Both the position numbers and the translations under genes were made by a program. From positions 23,223-87,222 of the forward strand of contig CAVXJC010000005.1 in the NCBI GenBank assembly GCA_963762075.1: a stretch of 64,000 nucleotides of DNA, given 5' to 3'. The notes below the pieces were generated by a model. That model ran no database searches. It had not been told where the DNA came from and saw only the letters and a list, made by a program, of their open reading frames with translations. Position 1 is the stretch's first letter. Each line of letters starts with the position of its first letter. The DNA is from an uncultured Actinomycetes bacterium. Lineage in GTDB: Bacteria; Actinomycetota; UBA4738; HRBIN12. Positions 20,046 through 29,763 of this stretch are shown in pieces.

Positions 20046-20390
20046 TCACTCGTCTCCGGATCCGCCGTCCTCGCTCTCGCCCGAACCCTCGCCTGATTCC
20101 GAGTCCGCCCCACTGCCGATGATCCCGAAGTTCTCATCGAGCTGCACTTCGACGACGCTGCCGTCCTCGAGCAGCACGCCGACCTCGTAGGCCCCGCTTC
20201 CTTCCCCTGCCTCGCTCTCGACGACCGTGCCGCCGCCGGTGTGCGCCAGGGCGGCCTCGCTAGCCCGCTCGAGCTCGGATCCTTCGAGCGGCGTATCGCT
20301 GCTCCCGGTCGCCATGCTCACGGTCGCCGCGCCTCCGGCGACCACGAGCGCCGCGATCGCCGCGATCAAGACCTTCGCCTTGGTACGCAT
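20046..20390 (-). CDS. secreted PepSY-domain protein
   Basis: It has a signal peptide, a PepSY-like core (ASEAALAHTGGGTVVESEAGEGSGAYEVGVLLEDGSVVEVQLDENF) and an acidic Gly/Ser tail. Confidence 0.7.
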   Translation of the reverse strand: MRTKAKVLIAAIAALVVAGGAATVSMATGSSDTPLEGSELERASEAALAHTGGGTVVESEAGEGSGAYEVGVLLEDGSVVEVQLDENFGIIGSGADSESGEGSGESEDGGSGDE

Positions 20391-20432
20391 GGTGATGCCT
20401 CCTCATTCGATGTGGCTCGGAGAGGTGACCGC

Positions 20433-21854
20433 TCATGTGGGATCTCGCCCCGGATCGTGGCGGATGGGCCCTGACCGTACGCTGAACCGCGCGCGGGGTT
20501 CGGCACCTTTCGTCGTGGCGTCCGGGAATCGAAGCTCAACCTTGGCGCCGCCTCGCGGACCCTCGACGACAGACACCTCGCCGCCGTGCGCCTCGACGAC
20601 CGCTCGGACGATCGAGAGGCCGAGCCCGGCACCTCCACCCTCACGGGCTCTCGCATCGTCGAGCCGCACGAAGCGGTCGAAGACCCGGTCGCGATCGGCC
20701 GGTGGGATGCCCGGTCCGTCGTCGTCAACGGTGAGCAGCGTATGCGTGCCCGTGTCGCTCACGGCCAGCGCGACCACCCGCTCGGCGTGGCGGGCGGCAT
20801 TGTCGGCCAGATTGCGCACCACCCGTTCGAGCTCGGCGGGACGCCCGAGCACCCTGCCCGCACCCACCCCGGTGGTGTCGACCTCGAGCGGCGTGGTCCC
20901 CCGCAGACGCGCGGCCTCCGCGAGCACGAGATCGTCGAGATCGACCTGTACCTCGCCTTGGCGTCCGCCCTCGTCGAGCCGGGCGAGGAGCAACAGGTCG
21001 TCGACCAGCTGCTCCACTCGGAGGTTCTCGCGATGCACGATCCCGGCGAGATCATCGACGTGAGTGTTCTCGGGACGGGCCAGAGCGACCTCCGCGTGTT
21101 GTCGGATCGAGGCCACCGGCGAGCGCAGCTCATGTGCGGCATCCGAGACGAACCGTCGCTGTCGCGCCTGCGCCGACTCGAGACGCGCGAGCATGCGGTT
21201 CATCGTGGTGGCCAACCTCGCGATCTCGTCGCCGGTCGACGGTTCAGGCACCCTCCGATCCAGCCCGGCAGCCGAGATCTCTTCCACTTCGGCGCGGATG
21301 GACTCGACGGGTCGAAGTGCTCGGCCGGTGATCCACCACGTCACCGCAGCCACCACGAGCACGAGGAGTGGAACACCCCCGGCGAGTATCGGGATCGCCG
21401 CGCCCCTGGCTTCGGCGATATCGTCGAGGCTGCGTCCCACGACCACGATCCGCGAACCCGCGGGGACGGTCGCCTCCGACGACACGACGAGGAAAACCTC
21501 GATCTCGAACGGAACCGCCTCGAGCCGGGCCGATTCTTCGGGCTGCAGTTGCGCGAGCGCCTCCTCGCCCGCCACGTTCCGGCTCGACGCCACGACCCGG
21601 CCGGCGTCGTCGAGGATCTGAACGAACTCGTCCTCGGGCTCGCCCCCGAGGCCGACGGTGTCCCCCTGCTCGATCGACATCGCGATCGTGCTCGCACGGG
21701 TCTCTGCCTTGTCCTGAACGTCGGCGGTGAGCGCCCGCCCCAAGAGCACGACCAGGGCGACCGATGCGAGCACGAGCGCGAGACCGACCACGGTAGCGGC
21801 CGCAACCGTCGTGCGGACCCGAACGGAACGCCAGCGGCCAAGGACCGAGGCCAC
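20433..21854 (-). CDS. sensor histidine kinase
   Basis: Two TM helices, a HAMP domain, the H-box VSDAAHELRSPVASI, and DDGPGIP and GAGLGLSIV. Confidence 0.9.
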   Translation of the reverse strand: MASVLGRWRSVRVRTTVAAATVVGLALVLASVALVVLLGRALTADVQDKAETRASTIAMSIEQGDTVGLGGEPEDEFVQILDDAGRVVASSRNVAGEEALAQLQPEESARLEAVPFEIEVFLVVSSEATVPAGSRIVVVGRSLDDIAEARGAAIPILAGGVPLLVLVVAAVTWWITGRALRPVESIRAEVEEISAAGLDRRVPEPSTGDEIARLATTMNRMLARLESAQARQRRFVSDAAHELRSPVASIRQHAEVALARPENTHVDDLAGIVHRENLRVEQLVDDLLLLARLDEGGRQGEVQVDLDDLVLAEAARLRGTTPLEVDTTGVGAGRVLGRPAELERVVRNLADNAARHAERVVALAVSDTGTHTLLTVDDDGPGIPPADRDRVFDRFVRLDDARAREGGGAGLGLSIVRAVVEAHGGEVSVVEGPRGGAKVELRFPDATTKGAEPRARFSVRSGPIRHDPGRDPT

Positions 21855-21857
21855 GCT

Positions 21858-22535
21858 TCATCCCCCGTCCGCGGCCAGGCGGTACCCGGCGCCCCGGACC
21901 GTCTCGATCGAATCGCATCCGAACGGACGGTCGAGCTTGTTCCGAAGGTGCCGCACGTACACCTCGACGATGTTGAGATCGCCATCGAACCGATCGTCCC
22001 ATACGTGATCCAAGATCTCGGTCTTCGACACGACCTCCCCGTTGCGGCGCAACAAGAACTCAAGCAGCGACGCTTCCCTTGCGGTCAGACGAACCTCGGT
22101 TTCGCCACGCCACGCGCGGCGCGCGCCGGGGTCGAACCGGAGGTTCCCAGCCTCGAGCACATGCGGTCGCTCGGCGGCGCCACGCCGGATCAACGCATGC
22201 AGCCTGGCCACCAAAGCCACGTACGAGAATGGCTTCGTGACGTAGTCATCGGCACCGGTGTCGAGCGCTTCGGCTTCGTCGTACTCGCCGTCTTTCGCGG
22301 TGAGCATCAGGATCGGTGTCCACACCTCGGCCTCGCGGAGCGCGGCGCAGACACGGAAGCCGTTGAGTCCGGGCAACATGATGTCGAGCACGATCACGTC
22401 GTATTCGTGCTCGAGCGCCATGGAGAGACCGTCGGTGCCATCATGTGCGACGTCGGTTGCGAACCCCTCGGCCTCGAGCCCCCTGCGGATGCCTTCCGCC
22501 AGCACAACCTCGTCCTCGACGACTAGAACCCGCAT
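21858..22535 (-). CDS. OmpR-family response regulator
   Basis: MRVLVVEDE ... VIVLDIMLPGLNG plus a winged-helix C-terminus. The ATG at 22535 was verified. Confidence 0.9.
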   Translation of the reverse strand: MRVLVVEDEVVLAEGIRRGLEAEGFATDVAHDGTDGLSMALEHEYDVIVLDIMLPGLNGFRVCAALREAEVWTPILMLTAKDGEYDEAEALDTGADDYVTKPFSYVALVARLHALIRRGAAERPHVLEAGNLRFDPGARRAWRGETEVRLTAREASLLEFLLRRNGEVVSKTEILDHVWDDRFDGDLNIVEVYVRHLRNKLDRPFGCDSIETVRGAGYRLAADGG

Positions 22536-22575
22536 GCCCACGCACCTTTCGCGACGCGTCATCATCGCTCGTTGA

Positions 22576-22593
22576 GCTGAATCGTGGCTGAAT
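22576..22593. promoter_or_regulatory. direct repeat GCTGAAT-N4-GCTGAAT (11-bp phasing), candidate OmpR-type RR site
   Basis: It lies in the divergent region between the RR-HK operon and the lipoprotein genes. A looser GTATTGC/GTATTGC/CTATTCC series follows at 22628-22664. Confidence 0.35.
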
Positions 22594-22718
22594 ATCGCCC
22601 TGCCGCCCGGGGAGTTTCCGCTCCTCAGTATTGCTTCCAGGGTATTGCGTTCTCCAGCTATTCCTGACTAAGGTTCGCCCACATCCTGATGTAGGGAGAC
22701 CGGGGGAGGGCCGTTCGG

Positions 22719-23645
22719 GTGTCAGTGAAGTCGCTCGCTGCAGCCCTCCTCGTTTCATCGGTGCTCGCCACCTCCTGCACCGGCTCGGAGGAGCTGGCGG
22801 TCCCCCCCGAAGCTGTGGCGGCGGAGGCGCCCCCTTCGCAACCCGGGTCGACAGCAACACAGCCGCCACTGAAGGCCAAGGATTTCAGTCCCACCATGTT
22901 CGGCGAGGACTCGACCACGATCGACAATCGGTGGTTGCCGATGGTTCCAGGGACGCAGCTCTCGTTCCGCGGATCGACCAAGCAGGGCAAGGAGCGGATC
23001 GCACACGAAGTGGTCTTCACGGTCACGGACTTGACGAAGGAGATCCTCGGTGTACGCAACCGGCTCATCTGGGAGCTCGACTACACCGAGGGTGTGCTGG
23101 TCGAGGCGGAGCTGGCGCTGTTCGCTCAGGACTTGGAGGGGAACATCTGGCATTTCGGCCAGTACCCCGAGGAGTACGAGGATGGCAAGTTGGTTGACGC
23201 GCCGGCATGGATCGCCGGCATCGCCGGGGCCAGGCCCGGCATCACGATGAAGGCCGAACCCTCGCTCAACGCTCCCAGCTACTCGCAGGGGTACGCGCCG
23301 CCACCCATCAACTGGATCGATCGCGCGAGGGTGTATGGGCAGGACCAGAGGACATGCGTGCCGGTCGACTGTTACGACGACGTCCTGATCACCGAGGAGT
23401 TCGAGGTCGATAAGCCGGGCGCGTGGCAGCTCAAGTACTACGCCCCGGGCGTTGGCAATGTCCGCGTGGGATGGCGAGGCAGGAACGAGGAGGAACGCGA
23501 GACGCTTGTGTTGATCGAGGCTCGACAGCTCAACCCCTCACAGATGGAGAAGGCCCACGCGCAGATCCTCGAGCTCGAGGCTCACGCATACGAGATCAGC
23601 AAAGAGGTGTACGGCGGCACGCCGCCGGCAGCGCCTATCGCATGA
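22719..23645 (+). CDS. lipoprotein, uncharacterised family (paralogue 1)
   Basis: Lipobox LATSC. 308 aa. It shares the motif IDNRWLPMVPG / IDNPYFPLPVG with the next gene. Confidence 0.75.
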   Translation: MSVKSLAAALLVSSVLATSCTGSEELAVPPEAVAAEAPPSQPGSTATQPPLKAKDFSPTMFGEDSTTIDNRWLPMVPGTQLSFRGSTKQGKERIAHEVVFTVTDLTKEILGVRNRLIWELDYTEGVLVEAELALFAQDLEGNIWHFGQYPEEYEDGKLVDAPAWIAGIAGARPGITMKAEPSLNAPSYSQGYAPPPINWIDRARVYGQDQRTCVPVDCYDDVLITEEFEVDKPGAWQLKYYAPGVGNVRVGWRGRNEEERETLVLIEARQLNPSQMEKAHAQILELEAHAYEISKEVYGGTPPAAPIA

Positions 23646-24358
23646 GCCGAGGAACGGTAGCGATCGGCCTCGCGCTGGCGCTCGTGTCGGCCTGCTCCCG
23701 CGGGCCCGAGGTCGGCGACGCGGCCTTCGACAACCTGATGGACATCGGTGTCTGCGACCCGCGTTCCGGGAGGTTCACGACCGAGATCGACAACCCATAC
23801 TTTCCGCTGCCGGTTGGATATCGGATCGTGCTCGAGGGCGGCGGGTGGTTCAGTGATCTGCTGGTCCGGATCACCGTGCTCGACGAAACACAGACGGTGG
23901 CCGGGGTCGAGACCCGCGTGGTCGAGGAGTACGAAGCTGAGGACGGCCGGGTGCTCGAGATCTCCAAGAACTACTTCGCGCAGACGAAGAGCGGCACGGT
24001 GTGCTACTTCGGCGAGGAAGTCGACATCTACGACGGCGACGGCAACATCGTGTCCAACGCTGGAGCGTGGCTGGCCGATGGACAGACGAACGCGCCAGGC
24101 ATCTTCATGCCGGCCTCACCCGAAGTTGGGCAAGCCTTCCAACAGGAGATAGCGCCGGGCATCGCCGAGGACGAGGCCACGATCGTCGAGAGAGGCGAGA
24201 CGACCGAGGTGCCCGCCGGGACATTCACCGACACGCTCACGATCGTGGACCGCAACCCGCTCGACGGCGACCAGGGCGCGAAGGTGTACGCGCGCGGCGT
24301 GGGACTGATCATCGACGGTTCGGCCGAGCTCACGGCAGTCTCACTGCCCGACTCGTGA
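23642..24358 (+). CDS. lipoprotein, uncharacterised family (paralogue 2)
   Basis: MSRGTVAIGLALALVSAC lipobox. It is ATGA-coupled to the preceding gene. Confidence 0.75.
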   Translation: MSRGTVAIGLALALVSACSRGPEVGDAAFDNLMDIGVCDPRSGRFTTEIDNPYFPLPVGYRIVLEGGGWFSDLLVRITVLDETQTVAGVETRVVEEYEAEDGRVLEISKNYFAQTKSGTVCYFGEEVDIYDGDGNIVSNAGAWLADGQTNAPGIFMPASPEVGQAFQQEIAPGIAEDEATIVERGETTEVPAGTFTDTLTIVDRNPLDGDQGAKVYARGVGLIIDGSAELTAVSLPDS

Positions 24359-24369
24359 CCCCGCTTCGA

Positions 24370-24780
24370 TCATCCGCCGGCTGATGCGAACTCGTCCCAG
24401 ATCGGGTCGGTCTCCGCGTCGTTCTCGGACATGCCCCACACCTCGGTGACCTTGCCGTCGGCGATGTGGAACACGTTCACGAAGTTGTACTCGACGCTCT
24501 TGCCGCTCGGCGCCGTGACGGCCGCCGTGCCGAGCACGACCGTGTGATCATCGTTGGCGATGATGTCATGAGCCTGAACCTTCATCGTGTCGGGCGACGC
24601 CGCGGCGCTCATCAGCTCCCGCACCTCGTCCTTCCCCCGGCGGACACCGGCGGCGCGACTATTGCCACCCGTGTGCCACACGATGTCGTCGGCGGTGCGT
24701 TCTTCCAACCACTGCACGTCGCCTCGCTCCATCGCGGCGAACATCTCGCGGACGAACGCGACGTTCGGGTGCTCCTCCAT
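24370..24780 (-). CDS. SnoaL-like / NTF2-family protein
   Basis: MEEHPNVAFVREMFAAMERGDVQWLEERTADDIVWH. Confidence 0.8.
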   Translation of the reverse strand: MEEHPNVAFVREMFAAMERGDVQWLEERTADDIVWHTGGNSRAAGVRRGKDEVRELMSAAASPDTMKVQAHDIIANDDHTVVLGTAAVTAPSGKSVEYNFVNVFHIADGKVTEVWGMSENDAETDPIWDEFASAGG

Positions 24781-24899
24781 GCTTTGCCCCTTCCTGATCG
24801 AGACGTGGGCGGCCTCGCCCTACGGACGGACACCGTCATCGAGCGTCGCACGGGAGCTCGGTCAAGCGCAAGTCCCCAACGACACCAGCGCAACACGAA

Positions 24900-25445
24900 T
24901 CAGGCGAGCGCCGCGACGCCCGAGTCCCACGCCGCGTCGAGATCCGCGTGTGCCGGGAATCGGCCGTCGAGCTCGAGGATCGTCATGCCGTGCGCGAACG
25001 CCCACGTTGCACGAGCCTTCGCCTCGGTGCCCGCCACCCGCACGAGCGGCTCAGCGGTCCATGCCTCGAGGCCTTCCGGCAACCGTTCTCGAGGCAGGGG
25101 CCCCTCGGTCGCGAGGCGGTACAGGTGAGGATGCGCGAGTGCCCAGGCCCGGTAGGCACGGGCGAGCGACGTGAGCGCGGACCTACGTCCGACCCGTCGG
25201 GGAAGCCCGTCGACCGCCGCGTGCAGCTGGGTTCCCATCTCGAGCAGGGCCACGACGATCAACAGCACCTCGAGCTCGTCCTTGTCGGCAACATGCTTGT
25301 AGAGCGAGGGGGCTCGCATGCCCAGACGCTCTCCGAGCCGACGCATCGTGAGCCGTTCGGGCCCGTCGGCTTCGAGCAGCTCGCGGGCTGCGTCGACGAT
25401 CTCTTCCACGCGATCCGACGAACGGACGAACGTCCGATCGCTCAC
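24900..25445 (-). CDS. TetR/AcrR family transcriptional regulator
   Basis: LTMRRLGERLGMRAPSLYKHVADKDEL is a TetR HTH. Confidence 0.85.
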   Translation of the reverse strand: MSDRTFVRSSDRVEEIVDAARELLEADGPERLTMRRLGERLGMRAPSLYKHVADKDELEVLLIVVALLEMGTQLHAAVDGLPRRVGRRSALTSLARAYRAWALAHPHLYRLATEGPLPRERLPEGLEAWTAEPLVRVAGTEAKARATWAFAHGMTILELDGRFPAHADLDAAWDSGVAALA

Positions 25446-25491
25446 GCGTGGCTCGAACGGAGCTCGCCGACCCGGCGGGCGATCGCCTCGT

Positions 25492-25896
25492 TCACCGCGT
25501 GGAACGTGGCGACGTGTCGACCTCGATCATCTTCCGAAGGAACGGCACGAGCAGCCCACGGAACCGTTCCTCCTGTATGAAGGTCACCCACCCCGGCTCA
25601 GATGCCTCGATCGAGAAGCGGTGTTCTCCATCGAACACGCCCGGGGCGCCGAGTCGGCCGAGCCATCGCAACTCGCGGCCGGGCTCGGAAACCGTCACCG
25701 TGGGGCGCATGGTCATCGCGCGGCCACCGGTGCGCGTGAACGTGATCGAGAGCCTGGTGCCCACCACCGCGTGTCCATCGACCCGATCCATGCCGGGGTT
25801 CCACTCGCCGTACGAGCCGAAGTCGGTCAGCACGGCCCAGACCTCGTCGGCGGAGCCCTCGATGACCGCTTCCGTGTGGATCTCGTTCCTGAACAT
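25492..25896 (-). CDS. SRPBCC family protein
   Basis: IEGSADEVWAVLTDFGSYGEWNP. Confidence 0.8.
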   Translation of the reverse strand: MFRNEIHTEAVIEGSADEVWAVLTDFGSYGEWNPGMDRVDGHAVVGTRLSITFTRTGGRAMTMRPTVTVSEPGRELRWLGRLGAPGVFDGEHRFSIEASEPGWVTFIQEERFRGLLVPFLRKMIEVDTSPRSTR

Positions 25897-25923
25897 GGTG
25901 CCTTCCTCCTTCGGGTCGGTCTG

Positions 25924-25963
25924 GCTAACAGCGTTAGCCCAACCCTAGGCTAACGCTGTTAGC
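25924..25963. promoter_or_regulatory. two 15-bp palindromic boxes GCTAAC-N3-GTTAGC (putative TetR operators)
   Basis: GCTAACAGCGTTAGC lies at 25924-25938 and its exact reverse complement GCTAACGCTGTTAGC at 25949-25963. Both lie directly upstream of the SRPBCC-TetR operon. Confidence 0.55.
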
Positions 25964-25990
25964 TTGTCAACACCGAGGAGTGGGAAGTCG

Positions 25991-26734
25991 TCAGGCGATG
26001 TCGCGTCCGGCCAACGCCCTCGCTCCCGCCCCCAGGGAGAGCGCCGCCCATCCTGCGAGCAGGCCCGCGCTTGCGATCGGGGCTAGCAGGACCGCGTCGC
26101 CGGCCGACATGCCGAGCACCGATGTCGCAGCGTGTGACGGCAGGTACTGGGCGACCTTCGGGGCGACCACCTCGACGAGACCCTCACCGACCAGCAGCCA
26201 GAGCAGCGACCCGACGATCGCTGCCACCTGGTGCGAAACGATGAGACCCACACCGAGGCCGATCGCCGCCCACGCAAGGCCGATCGCAACGGCCTTGGCC
26301 GCGAGTGTCGCGAGCGCCGCTGCCCCGAACGTGAGGGTGACTCCCCCGGCGGCGGCGAACCATGCGACCGAGATTCCGGCCGCCAGTGCCGTCGCCGCGA
26401 GCGCGAATACAGCCGCTGCGCCACCGATCACCACGAGCTTGGCGACGACGACGCGCGGCCGATGGGGGCTCGCCAGCAGTGTCGGCACGATCGAGCCATG
26501 CCTCGCCTCGTCCGTGTACGCGCGGATGCCCAGCACCAACACGAACACGGGGACGATCACCATCAACTCGATGAAGACCGGCACGCTGGTCAGTGCGACC
26601 ACCGCTCCGGTGTCGATGTTCGCGAGGATGCCCCACGTCGCAAGGCCCGTGAGCGCCAACAAGCCGGCGAGCAAGCCCCACACGCTACGTGTCGTACGCA
26701 GCTTCCGGAACTCGGATCTGATCTGGTCCTTCAT
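25991..26734 (-). CDS. ABC-2 type transporter permease
   Basis: MKDQIRSEFRKLRTTRSVWGLLAGLL followed by six TM helices. It is ATGA-coupled to the ATPase gene. Confidence 0.8.
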   Translation of the reverse strand: MKDQIRSEFRKLRTTRSVWGLLAGLLALTGLATWGILANIDTGAVVALTSVPVFIELMVIVPVFVLVLGIRAYTDEARHGSIVPTLLASPHRPRVVVAKLVVIGGAAAVFALAATALAAGISVAWFAAAGGVTLTFGAAALATLAAKAVAIGLAWAAIGLGVGLIVSHQVAAIVGSLLWLLVGEGLVEVVAPKVAQYLPSHAATSVLGMSAGDAVLLAPIASAGLLAGWAALSLGAGARALAGRDIA

Positions 26735-27669
26735 CGGTGCACTCCTTCCGTCATCTCGAGGAACGCATCCTCGAGGGTCGACTCTCGCACGGCCAGTTCG
26801 CTCAACACGACGCCGGCGCGCAGTGCGATCTCGCCAACGCGCTCGGCCGTGACGTCGATCAGCACGTAGCTGCGACCGTCGGCGTGAGGCTGGAGCCCGG
26901 CCGCGATCAACGCCCGGCCTAGCGCTTCGTGTTCGGTCGAGGCCACGCGCAGCGACGCCGTGTCGGCCGTCATCGCATCGATCGTGCCCTGACGGATGAG
27001 CCGGCCGCGGTCGATCACGATCACCTCGTCGGCCAACTGCGTCATCTCCGAGAGCAGGTGGCTCGACACCAGCACGGCGTTGCCGCTGGCGGCGAACCGC
27101 CGCAGGAACTCCCGCAGCCACCTGATGCCCTGCGGATCGAGCCCGTTCGCCGGCTCATCGAGGATCAGGATGCGAGGGCTGCCGAGCAGCGCGCCGGCAA
27201 GCCCCAGCCGTTGTCGCATACCGAGCGAGTAACCCCCCGCCTTGCGTCCGCCCGCGTCGGTGAGGCCGACCTGTTCGAGCACCTCTTCGACCCGAGAGTC
27301 GGGAAGCCCCGACGCCGCGGCGAGCACCCGCAGATGGTTCCGCCCGGTCCGCAGCGGATGGAAGCTCTGCACCTCGAGCAGCGCACCGACCACCGAACCC
27401 GGGCGGTCGAGGCTCGCGTACGGCATGCCCATGATCGCCGCCGAGCCCGTCGTCGGGTGCACGAGGCCGAGGAGCATGCGCATCGTGGTGCTCTTGCCGG
27501 CCCCGTTCGGTCCGAGGAAGCCGGTCACCTGCCCGGGCCGCACCTCGAAGCTGAGGTCGTCAACCGCCGTGATCGAGCCGTAACGCTTGGTGAGCTGTCG
27601 CGCCACGATCGCCGGCGAACCCAGGTCGCCTGCACCCTCGGGCGCGTCGACCGGTGTTGTCGTGATCAT
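26731..27669 (-). CDS. ABC transporter ATP-binding protein
   Basis: Walker A GPNGAGKST, signature motif YSLGMRQRL and Walker B ILILDEP. I chose the ATG at 27669 because AAGGAGGG lies upstream. Confidence 0.9.
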   Translation of the reverse strand: MITTTPVDAPEGAGDLGSPAIVARQLTKRYGSITAVDDLSFEVRPGQVTGFLGPNGAGKSTTMRMLLGLVHPTTGSAAIMGMPYASLDRPGSVVGALLEVQSFHPLRTGRNHLRVLAAASGLPDSRVEEVLEQVGLTDAGGRKAGGYSLGMRQRLGLAGALLGSPRILILDEPANGLDPQGIRWLREFLRRFAASGNAVLVSSHLLSEMTQLADEVIVIDRGRLIRQGTIDAMTADTASLRVASTEHEALGRALIAAGLQPHADGRSYVLIDVTAERVGEIALRAGVVLSELAVRESTLEDAFLEMTEGVHR

Positions 27670-27804
27670 CGTCGTTCCCTCCTTCTCGTCGTCCTCCATC
27701 GAGGACCACGCTAGGAAGGCGCGACCGCGACGGCGTCAACCACAGGTACCGTTCGCACGTCCTCCCGTGGGATGAGACGACCGGATCGAGGGCGTTCCGA
27801 GTGG

Positions 27805-28479
27805 TCAGGCGCCCGGCCGCACCAAGCCGGACTCGTACGCCAGCACGACGGCTTGGGCGCGATCTCGCAGACCCATCTTGTGCAGCACGCGGCCCACGTG
27901 AGTCTTCACGGTCGTCTCGGCCACGAACAACGAGCGCGCGATCTCGGCGTTCGACAGTCCTCGAGCCATGAGCACGAGCACCTCACGCTCCCGGTCGGTC
28001 AGCTCCTCCAACGACGTGGGTGCAATCGGCGTGTGCGGCCGGCGTGCGAACTCCTCGATGAGGCGGCGGGTCACGCTCGGCGCGAGTAGGGCATCGCCCG
28101 CAGCCACCACCCGCACCGCGTCGACGAGCTCCTCGGGCGGGCGATCCTTCAACAGGAAGCCGCTCGCCCCCGCCCGCAGAGCCTCGTAGACGTACTCGTC
28201 GAGGTCGAACGTCGTCAGCATGAGAACCTTGGCCGCAGGCTCGATCTCGGTGATGCGCCGGGTGGCCTCGATGCCGTCCATCGTCGGCATGCGCACGTCC
28301 ATGACGATCACGTCCGGGCGCAGACGCTCGAATCCGCGCACTGCATCGGCGCCGTCGATCGCTTCGCCGAGGACCTCGATGTCGGCCTCGGCATCGAGGA
28401 TCATGCGGAACCCGCCGCGCATGAGCGCCTGGTCGTCGGCGATCAGAACACCGATCGATCCGACCAGGGGTTCAGTCAC
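27805..28479 (-). CDS. NarL/LuxR-family response regulator
   Basis: Receiver domain (VIVMDVRMPTMDG) plus a LuxR HTH (LTDREREVLVLMARGLSNAEIA). The GTG start overlaps the kinase stop in a GTGA coupling. Confidence 0.9.
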   Translation of the reverse strand: MTEPLVGSIGVLIADDQALMRGGFRMILDAEADIEVLGEAIDGADAVRGFERLRPDVIVMDVRMPTMDGIEATRRITEIEPAAKVLMLTTFDLDEYVYEALRAGASGFLLKDRPPEELVDAVRVVAAGDALLAPSVTRRLIEEFARRPHTPIAPTSLEELTDREREVLVLMARGLSNAEIARSLFVAETTVKTHVGRVLHKMGLRDRAQAVVLAYESGLVRPGA

Positions 28480-29666
28480 TGGCTGAACGTTCCATCGATC
28501 GGAAGGAGCGCGCGCACCAGGAAACCGCCCCCAGGCCTCGGGCCCGTCTCGAGCGAGCCGCCGTAGAGCACGACACGCTCACGCATACCGATGAGGCCGT
28601 GGCCTGTTCGATCATGCCCTGGCGGATCGGGCGCTGCGGTGGCGCCCCTGCCGTCGTCGCCCACTTCGATCTCGAGGGCATCGTCGCTCCAGCGCATCAC
28701 GACCCTCGCGCTCGTGGGTCCGGCGTGCTTGATCACGTTGGTCAGAGCTTCCTGCACGACGCGGTAGGCGCTGAGATCCACGCCCGGAGAGACCTGGCTC
28801 GGCACGCCGTACGTCACGGTCTCGACCGGTACCCCGGCGCCACGCACGCTGTCGAGCAACGCTTCGAGCTGGGCGAGTCCCGGCTGCGGTGCCAGATCGG
28901 CGCTCGTGTCCTCTTGCTTCAGGATGCCGATCAGGCGGCGCATCTCGGTCATGCCCCCCCGGCCCGTCTCTTCGATGCGAGCGAGCGCGGCTTTCGCGGC
29001 CTCGGTGTCGTGGTCGACCACGGAGCGAGCGGCGCCGGCCTGCACGACCATCACGCCCATCGCGTGCGCGACAACGTCGTGGAGCTCCCGGGCGATGCGG
29101 GCGCGCTCGGCTGCCACGGCGTCGCGTGATGCGCGCTCACGTTCGCCGGCGATCCGGCGACGGCGATTGAACCCGACGCGACCGAAGATCATCGGCAACC
29201 CCACGACGAACGTGGAGTTCACCAGTACCTCCACCCAGTTCGTGCGTGGGTAGGCGAACGTGGAGGTCACCGCCGCCGATGCGACCGCGATCGGCACGAC
29301 CTGCCGCTGGAACCGCTCGCGGTCGGTGTGAGCTGCGGCACTGAACGACGCCACGACCAGCGCGAGGACGAGATCGACGCTGTCAGCCCGCATCGCAAGC
29401 GCGGATGCGGCGATACCGACGAGGGTCAGCACCGCGATCGGGCGACGACGACGGAGCGCGAGGGGTGCGCAGCCGAGCACGAGCAGCACATAGACCTCCA
29501 CGCCGGGCGATCCCCGGCCGATAGGTCCGCGGGCGGGGTCAGCGGGCGCGTTGCCGCCGAGGGTCGTCCCGAGGATCGACGCGCCGAGGACGGCGAACGC
29601 CAACAGGCTGTCCCAGATCAATGGATCGACTCGCCTCAGTCGCTCCCAGGATGTTGGATCCTTCAT
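28476..29666 (-). CDS. sensor histidine kinase (HisKA_3 / NarX-DesK type)
   Basis: Multi-TM N-terminus, H-box ARELHDVVAHAM, and DDGRG and GHGLIGMRERV. The ATG at 29666 was verified. Confidence 0.85.
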   Translation of the reverse strand: MKDPTSWERLRRVDPLIWDSLLAFAVLGASILGTTLGGNAPADPARGPIGRGSPGVEVYVLLVLGCAPLALRRRRPIAVLTLVGIAASALAMRADSVDLVLALVVASFSAAAHTDRERFQRQVVPIAVASAAVTSTFAYPRTNWVEVLVNSTFVVGLPMIFGRVGFNRRRRIAGERERASRDAVAAERARIARELHDVVAHAMGVMVVQAGAARSVVDHDTEAAKAALARIEETGRGGMTEMRRLIGILKQEDTSADLAPQPGLAQLEALLDSVRGAGVPVETVTYGVPSQVSPGVDLSAYRVVQEALTNVIKHAGPTSARVVMRWSDDALEIEVGDDGRGATAAPDPPGHDRTGHGLIGMRERVVLYGGSLETGPRPGGGFLVRALLPIDGTFSQ

Positions 29667-29763
29667 GGAACGACGGTAGCCCGGTAGGCGCCGGTTCGCC
29701 GTCATCCCCAGGGATGATGCACGCGGGCGAGCGAGGTGTTTCGAGGCGTGAGACGGTAGGCGC

